A stretch of 64,000 bases of DNA from Chitinophaga pinensis (GCA_945863035.1 CAMAZH010000005.1:6655-70654), one strand, 5' to 3'. Positions 8,870-19,939 are shown, counted from the stretch's first letter. Translations and numbers: made by a program. The notes: a model not told the origin generated them from the letters alone.

Positions 8870-11005
8870 ATGAAAAACCGATTTTATAACAATGTATTAA
8901 TTATGTCGTTGGCAGCAGCAATGATTCTTCCTGCTGCAGGATGTAAAAACAAAAAACAAATTATGGCTCCCGTTGCAAAAAAAGTCCCCCATGAGCTCAC
9001 GTATCATGGCGACACCCGAACAGACAATTACTATTGGCTCAGAGAACGAGAAAACCCCGAGGTGATTAAGTACCTTGATGACGAGAATCTCTATCTCGAC
9101 GAGCAGATGTCTGACACAAAAGGCTTTCAGGAAAACCTCTACAATGAAATTATCGGAAGGATTAAGCAGACAGACATTTCTGTTCCCTACAAGTACAATG
9201 GCTACTGGTATTTCACACGGTATGAGGAGGGCAAGGAATATCCTATTCATTCGCGCAAAAAAGAAAACATGGAAGCTGCCGAGGAAATTATGCTCAATGT
9301 AAATGAAATGGCAGAAGGTCATAAGTACTATCAGGTTGCAGGAACATCGGTAAGTCCCGATAATTCGATGATTGCGTATGGTGTCGACACCGTTTCCCGT
9401 CGCATTTACACCCTCTATTTCAAGAATCTTATTACCGGCGAAATGATGGAGGACGTTATCCCCGCATTCTCGGGTTCTCTTGCATGGGGCAATGATAACA
9501 AAACAATTTTCTACTCAAAGAAAGACGAGGAAACACTTCGCCCCTTTCAGGTCCTGAGGCACGTTCTCGGAACCGATCCCGCAAATGATGAATTGATTTA
9601 CACGGAAGATGATGAGACATACTCCTGCGGCGTCTACAAGAGTAAATCGAAAAAGTACATCATGCTTGGAAGTTATGCGAAAATGTCGACCGAATACCAA
9701 TTTATGGATGCAGACAAGCCGATGGGCAAGTTCCAGGTTTTCAATCCCCGGGAAAAAAATCTGGAATATGATGTGAATCATTTTGGTGACAAGTTTTATA
9801 TCGTCACCAACCTGGACGCTAAAAACTTCAGGCTTATGGAGACTACGGTCACTAAAACGACGAAAGAAAACTGGACGGAAGTAATTCCCCACCGCGAGGA
9901 TGTCATGCTCGAGGGAGTTGATATTTTCAAGGATTTCATGGTTGTGTCGGAACGGAAAGTAGGGCTAACCAATCTCAGGATTATTAACTGGAATGATAGA
10001 ACTGACGAGCACTACCTCAATTTTGGCGAAGAAGCATACATGGCTTACACCTCGGTAAATCCCGAGTTCGACACCGATATCCTTCGCTATGGTTACACCT
10101 CGCTTACGACTCCGAATTCCGTTTTTGACTACAATATGGATACCCGTGAGAAAACTCTTTTGAAACAGGAAGAGGTCATAGGAAGTTTCAATTCCAACGA
10201 TTACGAGACAAAAAGAATTTATGCCACAGCAGGCGACGGGACAAGTATTCCGATCTCGATGGTTTATAAAAAGGGAATGAAGAAGGATGGAACGAATCCG
10301 ACTTTGCTCTACGGCTACGGATCGTATGGCTACACCATTGACCCCGGGTTCAGCTCGGTGCGATTGAGCATGCTCGACAGAGGTTTTATTTTTGCCATTG
10401 CCCATGTCCGCGGAGGCCAGATTAACGGAAGGCAGTGGTATGAGGACGGAAAACTTTTCAAGAAGATGAATACCTTCACGGATTTCAACGACTGCGCGCG
10501 CTTTCTTATCAGCGAAAAATTCACATCACCTGAACATCTTTATGCGGAAGGCGGAAGTGCCGGAGGTCTTTTGATGGGAGCAATTATCAACCTAAACCCT
10601 GAACTTTACCATGGCGTGATTGCGGCAGTTCCCTTTGTTGACGTGGTTACCACCATGCTCGATGAAACCATTCCCCTTACAACCGGCGAATACGATGAGT
10701 GGGGAGATCCAAGGATTAAGGAGTATTACGATTACATGAAAAGCTACTCCCCTTATGATAACGTGAAAGCCCAAGACTACCCGAACCTCATGGTTACAAC
10801 CGGTTTGCACGATTCGCAGGTTCAGTACTGGGAACCCGCGAAATGGGTTGCCAAACTCCGGGACATGAAAACCGATGACAATCTTCTGGTAATGTATTGC
10901 AACATGGAAACCGGGCACTCAGGAGCTTCGGGCAGATTCCAAAGGCATAAGGATACCGCAAGGGAATACGCCTTTTTGTTTATGCTTGAAGGAATTGACA
11001 AATAA
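8870..11005 (+). CDS. ptrB: S9A prolyl oligopeptidase family serine peptidase (oligopeptidase B-like), lipoprotein-type signal
   Basis: The track ORF starts at a TTG (8777). The ATG at 8870 gives MKNRFYNNVLIMSLAAAMILPAAGCKN, a signal peptide plus lipobox. An N-terminal beta-propeller region is present. The nucleophile elbow is AEGGSAGGLLMG and the catalytic His is in METGHSGASG. Confidence 0.85.
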   Translation: MKNRFYNNVLIMSLAAAMILPAAGCKNKKQIMAPVAKKVPHELTYHGDTRTDNYYWLRERENPEVIKYLDDENLYLDEQMSDTKGFQENLYNEIIGRIKQTDISVPYKYNGYWYFTRYEEGKEYPIHSRKKENMEAAEEIMLNVNEMAEGHKYYQVAGTSVSPDNSMIAYGVDTVSRRIYTLYFKNLITGEMMEDVIPAFSGSLAWGNDNKTIFYSKKDEETLRPFQVLRHVLGTDPANDELIYTEDDETYSCGVYKSKSKKYIMLGSYAKMSTEYQFMDADKPMGKFQVFNPREKNLEYDVNHFGDKFYIVTNLDAKNFRLMETTVTKTTKENWTEVIPHREDVMLEGVDIFKDFMVVSERKVGLTNLRIINWNDRTDEHYLNFGEEAYMAYTSVNPEFDTDILRYGYTSLTTPNSVFDYNMDTREKTLLKQEEVIGSFNSNDYETKRIYATAGDGTSIPISMVYKKGMKKDGTNPTLLYGYGSYGYTIDPGFSSVRLSMLDRGFIFAIAHVRGGQINGRQWYEDGKLFKKMNTFTDFNDCARFLISEKFTSPEHLYAEGGSAGGLLMGAIINLNPELYHGVIAAVPFVDVVTTMLDETIPLTTGEYDEWGDPRIKEYYDYMKSYSPYDNVKAQDYPNLMVTTGLHDSQVQYWEPAKWVAKLRDMKTDDNLLVMYCNMETGHSGASGRFQRHKDTAREYAFLFMLEGIDK

Positions 11006-11067
11006 AAATCCCATCAAACCTCTGGGATAACCGGATTCTGATCCTTACCATCCCGGGAGGATAATAA

Positions 11068-11790
11068 TTATCTTTGGCTAACAGAGCCCGCACTCGAAGT
11101 TTCGACCTTCCTGCTTGCGGGCTCTCCCTTGTATTGGATATTCCCGGCACTGCTGGCGTCGGCTTTCAGTTCCTCCAATGCCCATACACTGGCATTTCCC
11201 GCACTCGACGCGGAAACCCGCACGTACTTGGCCTGCAACCGATCTGCATCAACTGTGCCGGCACTACTAACATCCACATCCAGTTCACCAACCTCTCCCC
11301 GGAGTTCTATGCTACCGCTGCTGCTGGCATCCACTCTGATTTCACCTGCATTGGTTTCCAAACGCAAACTCCCTGCACTGCTTGCGGAAAGTTCAATTTG
11401 CGAAGTATTCAACACATTCTCGCATTTAACATCTGCAGCGCTTGAGACCTCAATTTCCTTAAGGGAGGGAACCGTAATCCTTATGTTTTTCGCTTTTGCG
11501 TTGCGAATGTTCTTTTCCGTATAGACCCTCAATTGGCCAGATTCAACTTCGGTTCGAATAATTTCATGCAGGTTTTCATCGGCTTCGACCTGAAGTGAAC
11601 TCGCATCGCCAAAAGTTATAAAAACATGCAAGCCGTTACTGGCATCAACAGAATTAAAATCAGAGACTTCTCTCGATTCCACCCTAACATCACCATTTCC
11701 AGAGATGCTCCCTGTAAAATTGTAGTAACAGGAAGAGATTGCGAAAGCGGATGAGAAAAACAACAAAAAAAGAACTGCCTTATTTTTCAT
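11068..11790 (-). CDS. DUF2807 / head-GIN-domain lipoprotein (repetitive beta-helix-like)
   Basis: The internal ATG (M34 of the track ORF) gives MKNKAVLFLLFFSSAFAISSCYY. Repeated SSAG/SSSG segments follow (VSSAADV, ASSAGSL, ASSSGSI, VSSAGTV, ASSAGNA, ASSAGNI, TSSAGSV). Confidence 0.6.
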   Translation of the reverse strand: MKNKAVLFLLFFSSAFAISSCYYNFTGSISGNGDVRVESREVSDFNSVDASNGLHVFITFGDASSLQVEADENLHEIIRTEVESGQLRVYTEKNIRNAKAKNIRITVPSLKEIEVSSAADVKCENVLNTSQIELSASSAGSLRLETNAGEIRVDASSSGSIELRGEVGELDVDVSSAGTVDADRLQAKYVRVSASSAGNASVWALEELKADASSAGNIQYKGEPASRKVETSSAGSVSQR

Positions 11791-11881
11791 AGTTGAGGAT
11801 TTAGCCTGAATCAGGTGTTTATAGTATACAAAAACTTGAGTCTGCATAAGTAATAAAAAAAAACAGTCAAAGTCAAATGAT

Positions 11882-13069
11882 TTAATCAACCTGGATTACC
11901 AATCCCTTTAAATACTCTCCCTCGGGATGATAAATACTAATGGGGTGATCGGCCGGTTGCGACATCTGGTGCAATATTCTGACATTTCGTCCCGAGGAGG
12001 CTGCGGCAGCAAAAACACTCTTCCTGAAATTTTCACGGCTAACAACCTGGGAGCAGCTGAAGGTAAATATAATTCCCCCGGGAGAAATCTTTTCGATGGC
12101 CTCCCTGTTGATTCTTTTATAACCCTGCAAGGCATTATCGAGTACCTTCAGGTGTTTTGCAAACGCAGGGGGATCAAGAATGATAAGATCATAATCCTGT
12201 CCTTTGCGGTTGAAAAAGTCGAATGCGTCCTCGGCAAATGAAGCGTGTCGGTTATCGTTTTCAAAGTTCGCAGCAATATTTTTGTCGGTTAGTTCTATGG
12301 CTTTCTTTGATGCATCAACGGAGTGGACAAGGCTAGCCCCGGCCCGCATGGCATAAACCGAAAAGCCTCCTGTGTAGCAGAACATGTTCAACACCTTACG
12401 GCCTTTGGAGTATTCCCCGAGAAGTTTGCGATTTTCCCTCTGATCGATGAAAAAGCCGGTCTTTTGCCCCTCTTCCCAATCGATAAAAAAGTTGTTTCCA
12501 TTTTCAATAACCTTATTTTCCCCGGGGGAGCCAAACAGGTACTCCGATTTTGCATCCATCCCGGCCTTAAAGGGTAAAGTTCCCTCGCTCTTATCATAGA
12601 CGCATTTCAACTTGTTGCCAAGAACATTTTTTAACGCTTCCACAAGGGTTTCGCGAATCAGGTACATCCCAACCGAATGCATCTGGAGAATTGCAGTACC
12701 GTTGTAGTAGTCAACCACAAGACCAGGCAACCTATCTCCCTCAGCATTGATAAGCCTGAAGACATTCGTAAGGGGATTATCGATAAAGCCGATGTTTTCC
12801 CTGAGTCTCACCGCATCTTCAATTTTCCGGATCCAGAAATCAAGATTGATCTCTTCCTTTTTGAAACTAAGCATACGAACCGCAATAGAACCCGGTTGGC
12901 AATGTCCCAGGCCCAAAAACTCACCATGGTTCGACAAAACATCTACCAGATCACCCTCCTGCACTTCCCCCGAAATGCTCTTGATGGCGCCCGAAAAAAC
13001 CCAGGGATGAAGTCGCATCAAAGAGATTTCCTTCCCTGATTTCAGGGTAATCTGAATGTTTTTTGTCAT
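11882..13069 (-). CDS. rlmI: Class I SAM-dependent 23S rRNA (cytosine-C5) methyltransferase, RlmI-like (PUA + MTase)
   Basis: 395 aa with a PUA-like N-terminus. SAM motif I is VLNMFCYTGGFSVYA and motif IV is LIILDPPAFAK. Confidence 0.8.
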   Translation of the reverse strand: MTKNIQITLKSGKEISLMRLHPWVFSGAIKSISGEVQEGDLVDVLSNHGEFLGLGHCQPGSIAVRMLSFKKEEINLDFWIRKIEDAVRLRENIGFIDNPLTNVFRLINAEGDRLPGLVVDYYNGTAILQMHSVGMYLIRETLVEALKNVLGNKLKCVYDKSEGTLPFKAGMDAKSEYLFGSPGENKVIENGNNFFIDWEEGQKTGFFIDQRENRKLLGEYSKGRKVLNMFCYTGGFSVYAMRAGASLVHSVDASKKAIELTDKNIAANFENDNRHASFAEDAFDFFNRKGQDYDLIILDPPAFAKHLKVLDNALQGYKRINREAIEKISPGGIIFTFSCSQVVSRENFRKSVFAAAASSGRNVRILHQMSQPADHPISIYHPEGEYLKGLVIQVD

Positions 13070-13740
13070 TGGATATTTGAGTTTCTGAGAATCCTGTATA
13101 TTTCAAGAGATACCCAGGCATCGGTGGCGGCATATCTCAATTGGGCTTCGGTAAGCACGGTAGCTTCCCAGTCGGAAAGCTGCTGTGACTTTGATATTTT
13201 TATGTCCATTACAATCGCTGCCAGTTTCTTCAGGCTGTTATCCTCGATTTTAAAGAATGAGGAGTATTGCTGAAGCTCCAGGAACCCGGCAGCTTTGAAG
13301 TTCTTAATCTGTTGGAGCTTGCGGACGTCGTCGCGTATAGCCACCCCCGTGAAAATCACATCCTCGTCTTCGAACAGCCTGATCAGGTCGTTCGGGAGGC
13401 CGGTGTACATGAGCCGGAACAAAAAAACCTCATTGGGAATAGCAAGCTGCAACAGCGACACCCGACTGGAGTCGCCCTTTCTGAAACACGGCTTGCTTTC
13501 GGTATCAAAACCTATAACATTGTGTTTTGACAGACGCTTTGCAGCTGCCGCAACGTCTTCAGGCGAATCGATTACATGAATTATTCCATCGTACTGCTTT
13601 ATTTCGAGTTTATTGATTTCTTCGCTGCTAATGCTCGGCAAGAAAGTCGTCGTCTTCTTCTCTGAATTCTTCTTGTCGTTTTGCAATAAACCAGCTCCGG
13701 GTATCCACCCTGGGAGCCTCATTTTCTTTACCCATTCCAC
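13066..13740 (-). CDS. DnaQ-superfamily 3'-5' exonuclease (RNase D / WRN-exo-like)
   Basis: ExoI is VIGFDTESKP and ExoIII is LRYAATDAW. There is a 4-nt overlap with the rlmI start. The ATG-started ORF overlaps the upstream gene by 95-113 nt. An in-frame TTG at ~13641 would give M-PSISSEEINKL and only a 14-nt overlap, so the true start is uncertain. Confidence 0.75.
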   Translation of the reverse strand: MEWVKKMRLPGWIPGAGLLQNDKKNSEKKTTTFLPSISSEEINKLEIKQYDGIIHVIDSPEDVAAAAKRLSKHNVIGFDTESKPCFRKGDSSRVSLLQLAIPNEVFLFRLMYTGLPNDLIRLFEDEDVIFTGVAIRDDVRKLQQIKNFKAAGFLELQQYSSFFKIEDNSLKKLAAIVMDIKISKSQQLSDWEATVLTEAQLRYAATDAWVSLEIYRILRNSNIQ

Positions 13741-14269
13741 TATCTAAAGTTTTAAGTTCACCAGAGTGTAATTTATGAAGCGCAGCGGCCACCCGGAGTG
13801 CCTTTGCTCCCCAGAAGCTCAGAAAGTTATTCTGACATTCCCAAAGGGCATCGTTCATTACGTCTTCAGGAGCGTTTCTGTAAACCTCCAAAAAGTCGCG
13901 CAGATCCTGGTAAATATCTGCCATATCTTCGGAGACCTTTCGGGTTATCAACTCTGAACGATCAAACTCGCTCTCGGCAGGGATATCCAAAAAGTCGTTG
14001 TTTCCCTCCATACAGTTGGCTATCTTCTGATACACCCCCGACCAGTCCTGCTCACTCACAAATTTCTCGCTACCCTCATCGAATATCGATTCGATACCGG
14101 GAATCCTGATCATTGCAGAGTATATCCCCGGCAGGCTATAGATGCTGAACCGGATGAAATCCCCCTGACTAATATTCAACTCCGACTCGAGAAGCGTGCA
14201 GTATTCCTTCGATAACCTCACGAATTCAAGTACTTCTGCCGAATATAATATTTTGCTGTTTTCGTCCAT
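13628..14269 (-). CDS. Hypothetical protein (resembles the DUF5063 family that precedes this exonuclease in Bacteroidota)
   Basis: The start is taken at the internal ATG (MDENSKILYSAEVLEFVRLSKEYCTLLES). It is an acidic, helical protein. The family assignment and the DUF5063-exonuclease-RlmI gene order are from memory only. Confidence 0.5.
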   Translation of the reverse strand: MDENSKILYSAEVLEFVRLSKEYCTLLESELNISQGDFIRFSIYSLPGIYSAMIRIPGIESIFDEGSEKFVSEQDWSGVYQKIANCMEGNNDFLDIPAESEFDRSELITRKVSEDMADIYQDLRDFLEVYRNAPEDVMNDALWECQNNFLSFWGAKALRVAAALHKLHSGELKTLDSGMGKENEAPRVDTRSWFIAKRQEEFREEDDDFLAEH

Positions 14270-14440
14270 TTCCAATAATACTGTAATTATTCCAGGGAAT
14301 GGGGAAATTGATTCATCCTGTCCCCAGCTCAACCCAACTCACTCCTAAGCGTCTGCTTGCGATTCTATACGCTCGAACTGCCAAACAATCCCGCAAAGTT
14401 AAAAATTATCTGTTAGTCACTGCTTTAACTGCCCGATTTC

Positions 14441-16345
14441 TTACTTCGCCCAATAAAACAAATAAAAATCATCCCGAAGAATCTTTTCGTGGTCGTTCAG
14501 CCAACGGAATACCTTAATAACCTTTTCTTCGGGAAACGACAGTCCTTCCATAAGTTCTTCCATACTCAGCCGGGTATCCTTGAGCTTTTCCTTAATCTCT
14601 TCAAGGATCAGGTCGAATTCATAGGCACTCATGTCCAGTTCGTTTCGCTTTCTGCACACGTCGCACTGTCCGCAACGGGCAGCCTCTTTCTCCCCAAAAT
14701 AAGTGAGCAGGATCTGGCTGCGACACTTGTTCATGCCGGATGCGTAAAGCAGCATCTCGTTTGATCGGTCGATATATCTTTCTTTCAGAAATTTGTAGGT
14801 CTCCACAGAAAAATAAAGATTCCTGGAATCGAGCCGCTCCTCGGTAAAATAAATCACCGGGTTTTTCTTTCGGGGGATATACTGTATGATTCCCGAGGAT
14901 GAAAGCTTGAGCAGGTATTTATAGATGACATCGAAGCTGGCACCTGAGCGCTTTGCCAGGAGGTTTTCGTCAATAGGCACAAAAGACGAGAACATCCCGC
15001 TATACGATCGCAAAAGAAGCTTTATGAATCCGTCGAGGTTTTCATTGGCAATCTGAAACTTGTAGAGATCGTCGCGCTGAACAACAAAATGAACCCGAGA
15101 GGGGTTGTTAAGTTCCTCGGTCAATTCAATATAACCTTCCCGCTGCAACACCTTCAGGCTGTTGTGGGCAATTAGGGCATTGAACTTGAACTTTGAAATG
15201 AAATCGGTGAGGATGAAATCGTAATTCTGGCCTTTCCCTCCACCTACCGGGATCTGGAAATAGTTGCCAAGGGCGTTATAAACATCACGTATAACCGACA
15301 GCTCGGGGAAGCTTATCTGTATCCTCTGGTCGACCGATCTGCGGTCGGACTCGTTGTAGAGGAGAATTGCCCGAGCCTGCTTCTCGTCGCGTCCGGCTCT
15401 ACCTGCTTCCTGATAATAGGCCTCAAGGGAATCGGGCAGATCGACGTGTATCACGAACCGCACGTCGGGCTTGTCGATGCCCATTCCAAAGGCATTCGTT
15501 GAAATGATGACCTGGGTTTTATCTTTTTGCCACTCCTCCTGTTTTCGGCTTCGATCTTCGTGCGTAAGGCCTGCGTGGTAATAATCGGCCTTTATTCCCT
15601 GAGCTTGAAGAATTAGTGCCAGCTCCCGGGTCTTTTTGCGGTTGCGCGCATAAATAACCCCGGTACCCGGATTTTCTTTAACGATGCGGATGGTGCGCTG
15701 TACTTTATCCTCGCAAAACTCGACATCGTAAATGAGATTCTTTCGTTCGAAACTTTTTCTGAAAACGTTCCTCTCCCGGAACTCAAGTCTGTCCATGATA
15801 TCTTCAACAACTTTAGGAGTTGCTGTGGCAGTGAGGGCCAGATAAGGCACATCCGGGAGAATATCCCTGAGCCTGGCAATTTTCAGGTAGGAAGGACGGA
15901 AGTCGTATCCCCACTGCGAAACACAATGCGACTCATCAATAGCGATGAGGCTGATATTCATTTTCTCAATACGGGCCTTAAAGATATCCGTTTCAAGTCT
16001 TTCGGGGGATAAATAAAGAAACTTTACCTGACCGTAAACGCAGTTATCGAGAGCGATATCGATTTCTCTGCTGCCCATCCCCGAGTGAATGGCAATGGCA
16101 TTGATTTCCCTTCGGCGGAGATTCTCCACCTGGTCTTTCATCAACGCAATCAGCGGAGTGATTACGATACAGGTACCTTCTTTTGCCATGGCCGGGACCT
16201 GAAAGGTTATCGATTTTCCTCCCCCGGTAGGCATTAGACCAAGCGTATCGTGTCCCTCGAATACCGATTGAATGATCTCATCCTGCAGAGGACGGAAGCG
16301 CGAATATCCCCAGTAACGGGCCAGTATTTGGGTAAATCTCTCCAA
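14441..16345 (-). CDS. recQ: RecQ-family ATP-dependent DNA helicase
   Basis: 634 aa. Walker A is PTGGGKS and the DEAH variant is IDESHCVSQWG. Motif VI is QEAGRAGRD. The Zn-binding module is CRSQILLTYFGE...CGQCDVC. Confidence 0.9.
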   Translation of the reverse strand: MERFTQILARYWGYSRFRPLQDEIIQSVFEGHDTLGLMPTGGGKSITFQVPAMAKEGTCIVITPLIALMKDQVENLRRREINAIAIHSGMGSREIDIALDNCVYGQVKFLYLSPERLETDIFKARIEKMNISLIAIDESHCVSQWGYDFRPSYLKIARLRDILPDVPYLALTATATPKVVEDIMDRLEFRERNVFRKSFERKNLIYDVEFCEDKVQRTIRIVKENPGTGVIYARNRKKTRELALILQAQGIKADYYHAGLTHEDRSRKQEEWQKDKTQVIISTNAFGMGIDKPDVRFVIHVDLPDSLEAYYQEAGRAGRDEKQARAILLYNESDRRSVDQRIQISFPELSVIRDVYNALGNYFQIPVGGGKGQNYDFILTDFISKFKFNALIAHNSLKVLQREGYIELTEELNNPSRVHFVVQRDDLYKFQIANENLDGFIKLLLRSYSGMFSSFVPIDENLLAKRSGASFDVIYKYLLKLSSSGIIQYIPRKKNPVIYFTEERLDSRNLYFSVETYKFLKERYIDRSNEMLLYASGMNKCRSQILLTYFGEKEAARCGQCDVCRKRNELDMSAYEFDLILEEIKEKLKDTRLSMEELMEGLSFPEEKVIKVFRWLNDHEKILRDDFYLFYWAK

Positions 16346-16456
16346 ACCGTGTGTAATTAGTGGAATTTCAGTGCTATTTTATAAGAAAAAAAACAAATAA
16401 ATATTCTCTAAATTTTTGTAATTTCGCAGCATTTAAATTTAACCAAAATTACTGCA

Positions 16457-17926
16457 ATGTCCTTTATCGAAGACAAAATTAAATATGAGGGTCTCACATT
16501 CGACGATGTTTTGCTTTTACCCTCCTATTCCGAGGTTTTACCAAGGGAGGTAAGTCTGGTAACGAAATTCAGCAAAAACATTTTTTTGAATGCGCCTATT
16601 GTTTCAGCCGCGATGGACACGGTGACAGAGGCCGAGCTTGCCATTGCCATTGCCCGGGAGGGAGGAATAGGGGTAATACACAAGAACATGCCGTTGGATC
16701 AGCAGGCTTATCAGGTGAGGCGGGTTAAACGTGCAGAAAGCGTAATGATACACGACCCCATTACCATATTGAAGAACGCAACTGTTGCCGATGCCCTCAA
16801 TCTTATGAAGGAATTTAAGATCGGTGGTATTCCGGTTGTTGACGAAGAGAAGCATCTAATTGGGATTGTAACCAACCGCGACCTGAGGTTTGAGAACAAC
16901 ATGCGCAGACCCGTGGCTGAGATCATGACCAGCAAGGATATCATTACCACAACTCAGAAGACTGATCTCAGCAAGGCGGCCGACATACTTCAGAAACACA
17001 AGATTGAGAAACTCCCGGTTGTGGATTCCGACAACAAACTTATCGGGCTTATAACTTATAAAGACATAACCAAGGCGAAAGACCAGCCCAATTCGTGCAA
17101 GGATGACAAGGGTCGACTGCGCGTTGCCGCTGCAGTTGGAGTAACCCTTGATGCTGTTGAGCGGGTTGCCGTTCTGGTTGAAGCAGGTGTTGACGCCATA
17201 GTGATCGACACAGCACACGGTCATTCAAGAGGAGTTGTTGAAACTCTCAAAAGAGTGAAAAAAGCCTTTCCCGGTGTGGATGTTGTTGTAGGAAACATTG
17301 GGACTCCCGAGGCTGCTCTGGCCCTCGTCAAGGCTGGAGCCGATGCCGTCAAGGTAGGGATCGGCCCCGGCTCTATCTGTACAACCCGCATCATCGCGGG
17401 CGTTGGGGTACCTCAGCTATCGGCAATCTACGATGTTGCATTGGCTCTCAAGGGTACCGGTGTTCCCGTGATAGCAGATGGAGGAATCCGTTACTCGGGT
17501 GATATCGTTAAGGCCATTGCCGCAGGAGCCAACTGTGTTATGGCGGGCTCCCTTTTCGCGGGAGTGGAAGAATCGCCCGGCGAAACAATAATCTACAACG
17601 GCAGAAAATACAAATCGTACCGTGGCATGGGCTCCATTGAAGCAATGCAGCAAGGATCCAAGGACCGCTATTTTCAGGATGTGGAAGACGATATCAGCAA
17701 ACTCGTTCCCGAAGGTATAGCTGCCCGTGTTCCGTTCAAAGGAGGTCTTGCCGAAGTTATTTACCAGATGATGGGCGGGCTTCGTGCAGGAATGGGCTAC
17801 TGCGGCTCAGCAAATATTGAGGCTCTTATGGAAGCCAAATTCGTAAAGATCACCAGTGCCGGGATAAACGAAAGCCATCCCCACGATGTGACCATTACCC
17901 GTGAGGCCCCAAACTATAGCAGATAA
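16457..17926 (+). CDS. guaB: IMP dehydrogenase
   Basis: 489 aa. It has a CBS pair insert, the catalytic loop [12 protein letters not shown], and GSLFAG...YRGMGS. Confidence 0.97.
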   Translation: MSFIEDKIKYEGLTFDDVLLLPSYSEVLPREVSLVTKFSKNIFLNAPIVSAAMDTVTEAELAIAIAREGGIGVIHKNMPLDQQAYQVRRVKRAESVMIHDPITILKNATVADALNLMKEFKIGGIPVVDEEKHLIGIVTNRDLRFENNMRRPVAEIMTSKDIITTTQKTDLSKAADILQKHKIEKLPVVDSDNKLIGLITYKDITKAKDQPNSCKDDKGRLRVAAAVGVTLDAVERVAVLVEAGVDAIVIDTAHGHSRGVVETLKRVKKAFPGVDVVVGNIGTPEAALALVKAGADAVKVGIGPGSICTTRIIAGVGVPQLSAIYDVALALKGTGVPVIADGGIRYSGDIVKAIAAGANCVMAGSLFAGVEESPGETIIYNGRKYKSYRGMGSIEAMQQGSKDRYFQDVEDDISKLVPEGIAARVPFKGGLAEVIYQMMGGLRAGMGYCGSANIEALMEAKFVKITSAGINESHPHDVTITREAPNYSR

Positions 17927-17976
17927 TAAGCAACAACTTTTTACGTTAGGTTTAAAACTAAAAAACTTTTTTAATT

Positions 17977-19935
17977 ATGAGAAGCATTGTTTCATTCATT
18001 ACCCTGTTTTTTCTTACAGTTGTTTCCGCATTTTCCCAAGGCGACAAAGTTTTAATGACCATAGGCGACCAATCCGTCAGCCTTCAGGAATTCGAGAGGA
18101 TTTACAACAAAAACAACGTGGTTGGCATGTATGAGAAACAGCCGGTTGAGGAATATCTTGACTTGTTTATCAATTTCAAACTCAAGGTACTGGAAGCAGA
18201 GAACCTCGGAATGGACACTGTAAAGACTTTTATAAACGAGCTTAAAGGTTACCGCGACCAGCTTGCAAAACCTTACCTCAACGATTCCGCAACACAGGAA
18301 GAACTCATGAAACAGCAATTCGAGCGCATGAAGTCCGAATTGCATGTTAGCCATATCCTGCTCCGCATCGATAAAAGCGCTTCTCCTGAAGACACTTTGA
18401 TGGTTTACAATAAAATCATGGATATTCGCAAAAGAATTCTTACCGGGGAAAAATTCGAAACCGTAGCCAGAGAGACTTCGGAAGACCCGTCGGTAAGCAA
18501 GAATGGAGGCGATATAGGATGGATGACAGCCTTTCGAACCGTTTGGGAATTTGAAAACGCAATCTACAACACCCCTCTGAAAGAAGTATCCATGCCCGTC
18601 AGAACACAGTTCGGCTACCATATTGTCAACGTATGGGCAAAACGACCAAGCAAGGGCAGCGTGCTTGTTGCCCATATTTACGTCAGGGCTCCGGAAGACA
18701 TGAATCCTGAGATGAAACTACAGGCAGAAAAGAAAATCACTGCCATCTACGACAGCCTGAAGCTGGGATCCGACTTTGCCACACTTGTGCAAAACAATTC
18801 CGACGACCGGTCAACGGTTTCCACCGGTGGTGAATTGCCATGGTTTGGCTCGGGACAGATGATTCCTGAGTTTGAGGATGCTGCCTTTTCACTCAAAGCC
18901 AAGGGCGACTATTCCAAACCCGTTCATTCTTTCTACGGATGGCACATCATCAAACTTATCGACAGCAAAGGGTTGGGAACGTATGAGGAACTGAGGCCTG
19001 AGCTCCTCTCCAAAATGAACGATGCTCCAATTGCTCCCGTGAAGAAAATGCACTATTTAAACAAGCTTAAAAAAGAGTATAACTACACATTTAACCAAAG
19101 CAACTTCGGGAAATTTGCTTCACTTATCGACACTTCGATATTTAGCGGCATGTGGAGCGACTCTACCCTGCAGAACAACAAAACCGTTCTTTTCACTCTT
19201 GATAAAAAGGATTACACTTTTTCTGACTTCGCATCATATCTCTACAACAACCAGCGAAAAAGCGAACCTGCCAATATGAGTGTTTTCCTGAGCGAGCAGT
19301 TTGCGAGTTTCAGCGACAACACCATTCAGGATCACGAGAAAGACCTGCTGGCAAACAAGTATCCTGAATTCAGGTACATCCTTCAGGAATATCACGACGG
19401 GATTTTGTTATTTGACCTGACGGATAAGACGGTCTGGTCGAAAGCCGTTCAAGACACTATCGGCCTCGAAAAATATTACCGGGAAAATAAAACAAAGTAT
19501 ATGTGGGAGAAACGGGCCAATGTAATGATTTTCTCGAGCGACAGCCTGGAGTTGCTTAACGCAGCCAAAGCATTGGCTTTGAAATATGCAGCGAAGAAAA
19601 AATTCGGTCCTGATTTCGTCCTTTCTAAACTCTGCAAAAACGATAGTATAAAAACCTGCATTGACATTCAGGAAGCGCGTTTTGAAAAAGGCGACAACGA
19701 GGAAGTCGACAAAACCGATTGGAAAACAGGCGCCGGCGAAAATTACGAGTCCGAAGGAATTCATTCTTTTGTGCTGGTAAGGGGCATTCTTGAGCCGGAA
19801 GTAAAAAAGTTGGATGAGGCAAGAGGTCTTATTACCGCTGACTATCAAAACCAACTTGAGATTGCATGGATCGCAGAGTTAAGAGCCAAATATCCCGTTA
19901 AGGTGGATACGGACTTATTAAAAACCATCAAATAA
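17977..19935 (+). CDS. Periplasmic parvulin-type peptidyl-prolyl isomerase (SurA/PpiD-like, two PpiC domains)
   Basis: 652 aa with a signal peptide. The parvulin motifs are GGDIGWM...FGYHIVNV and GGELPWF...FYGWHIIKL. Confidence 0.8.
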   Translation: MRSIVSFITLFFLTVVSAFSQGDKVLMTIGDQSVSLQEFERIYNKNNVVGMYEKQPVEEYLDLFINFKLKVLEAENLGMDTVKTFINELKGYRDQLAKPYLNDSATQEELMKQQFERMKSELHVSHILLRIDKSASPEDTLMVYNKIMDIRKRILTGEKFETVARETSEDPSVSKNGGDIGWMTAFRTVWEFENAIYNTPLKEVSMPVRTQFGYHIVNVWAKRPSKGSVLVAHIYVRAPEDMNPEMKLQAEKKITAIYDSLKLGSDFATLVQNNSDDRSTVSTGGELPWFGSGQMIPEFEDAAFSLKAKGDYSKPVHSFYGWHIIKLIDSKGLGTYEELRPELLSKMNDAPIAPVKKMHYLNKLKKEYNYTFNQSNFGKFASLIDTSIFSGMWSDSTLQNNKTVLFTLDKKDYTFSDFASYLYNNQRKSEPANMSVFLSEQFASFSDNTIQDHEKDLLANKYPEFRYILQEYHDGILLFDLTDKTVWSKAVQDTIGLEKYYRENKTKYMWEKRANVMIFSSDSLELLNAAKALALKYAAKKKFGPDFVLSKLCKNDSIKTCIDIQEARFEKGDNEEVDKTDWKTGAGENYESEGIHSFVLVRGILEPEVKKLDEARGLITADYQNQLEIAWIAELRAKYPVKVDTDLLKTIK

Positions 19936-19939
19936 ATCT

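Noticed and set aside
13628-13740. Whether the 95-113 nt overlap between the DUF5063-like and exonuclease ORFs signals a frameshift or pseudogene.
   Set aside because: Both reading frames are intact with conserved motifs. An in-frame TTG start at ~13641 for the exonuclease explains the overlap without invoking a mutation.
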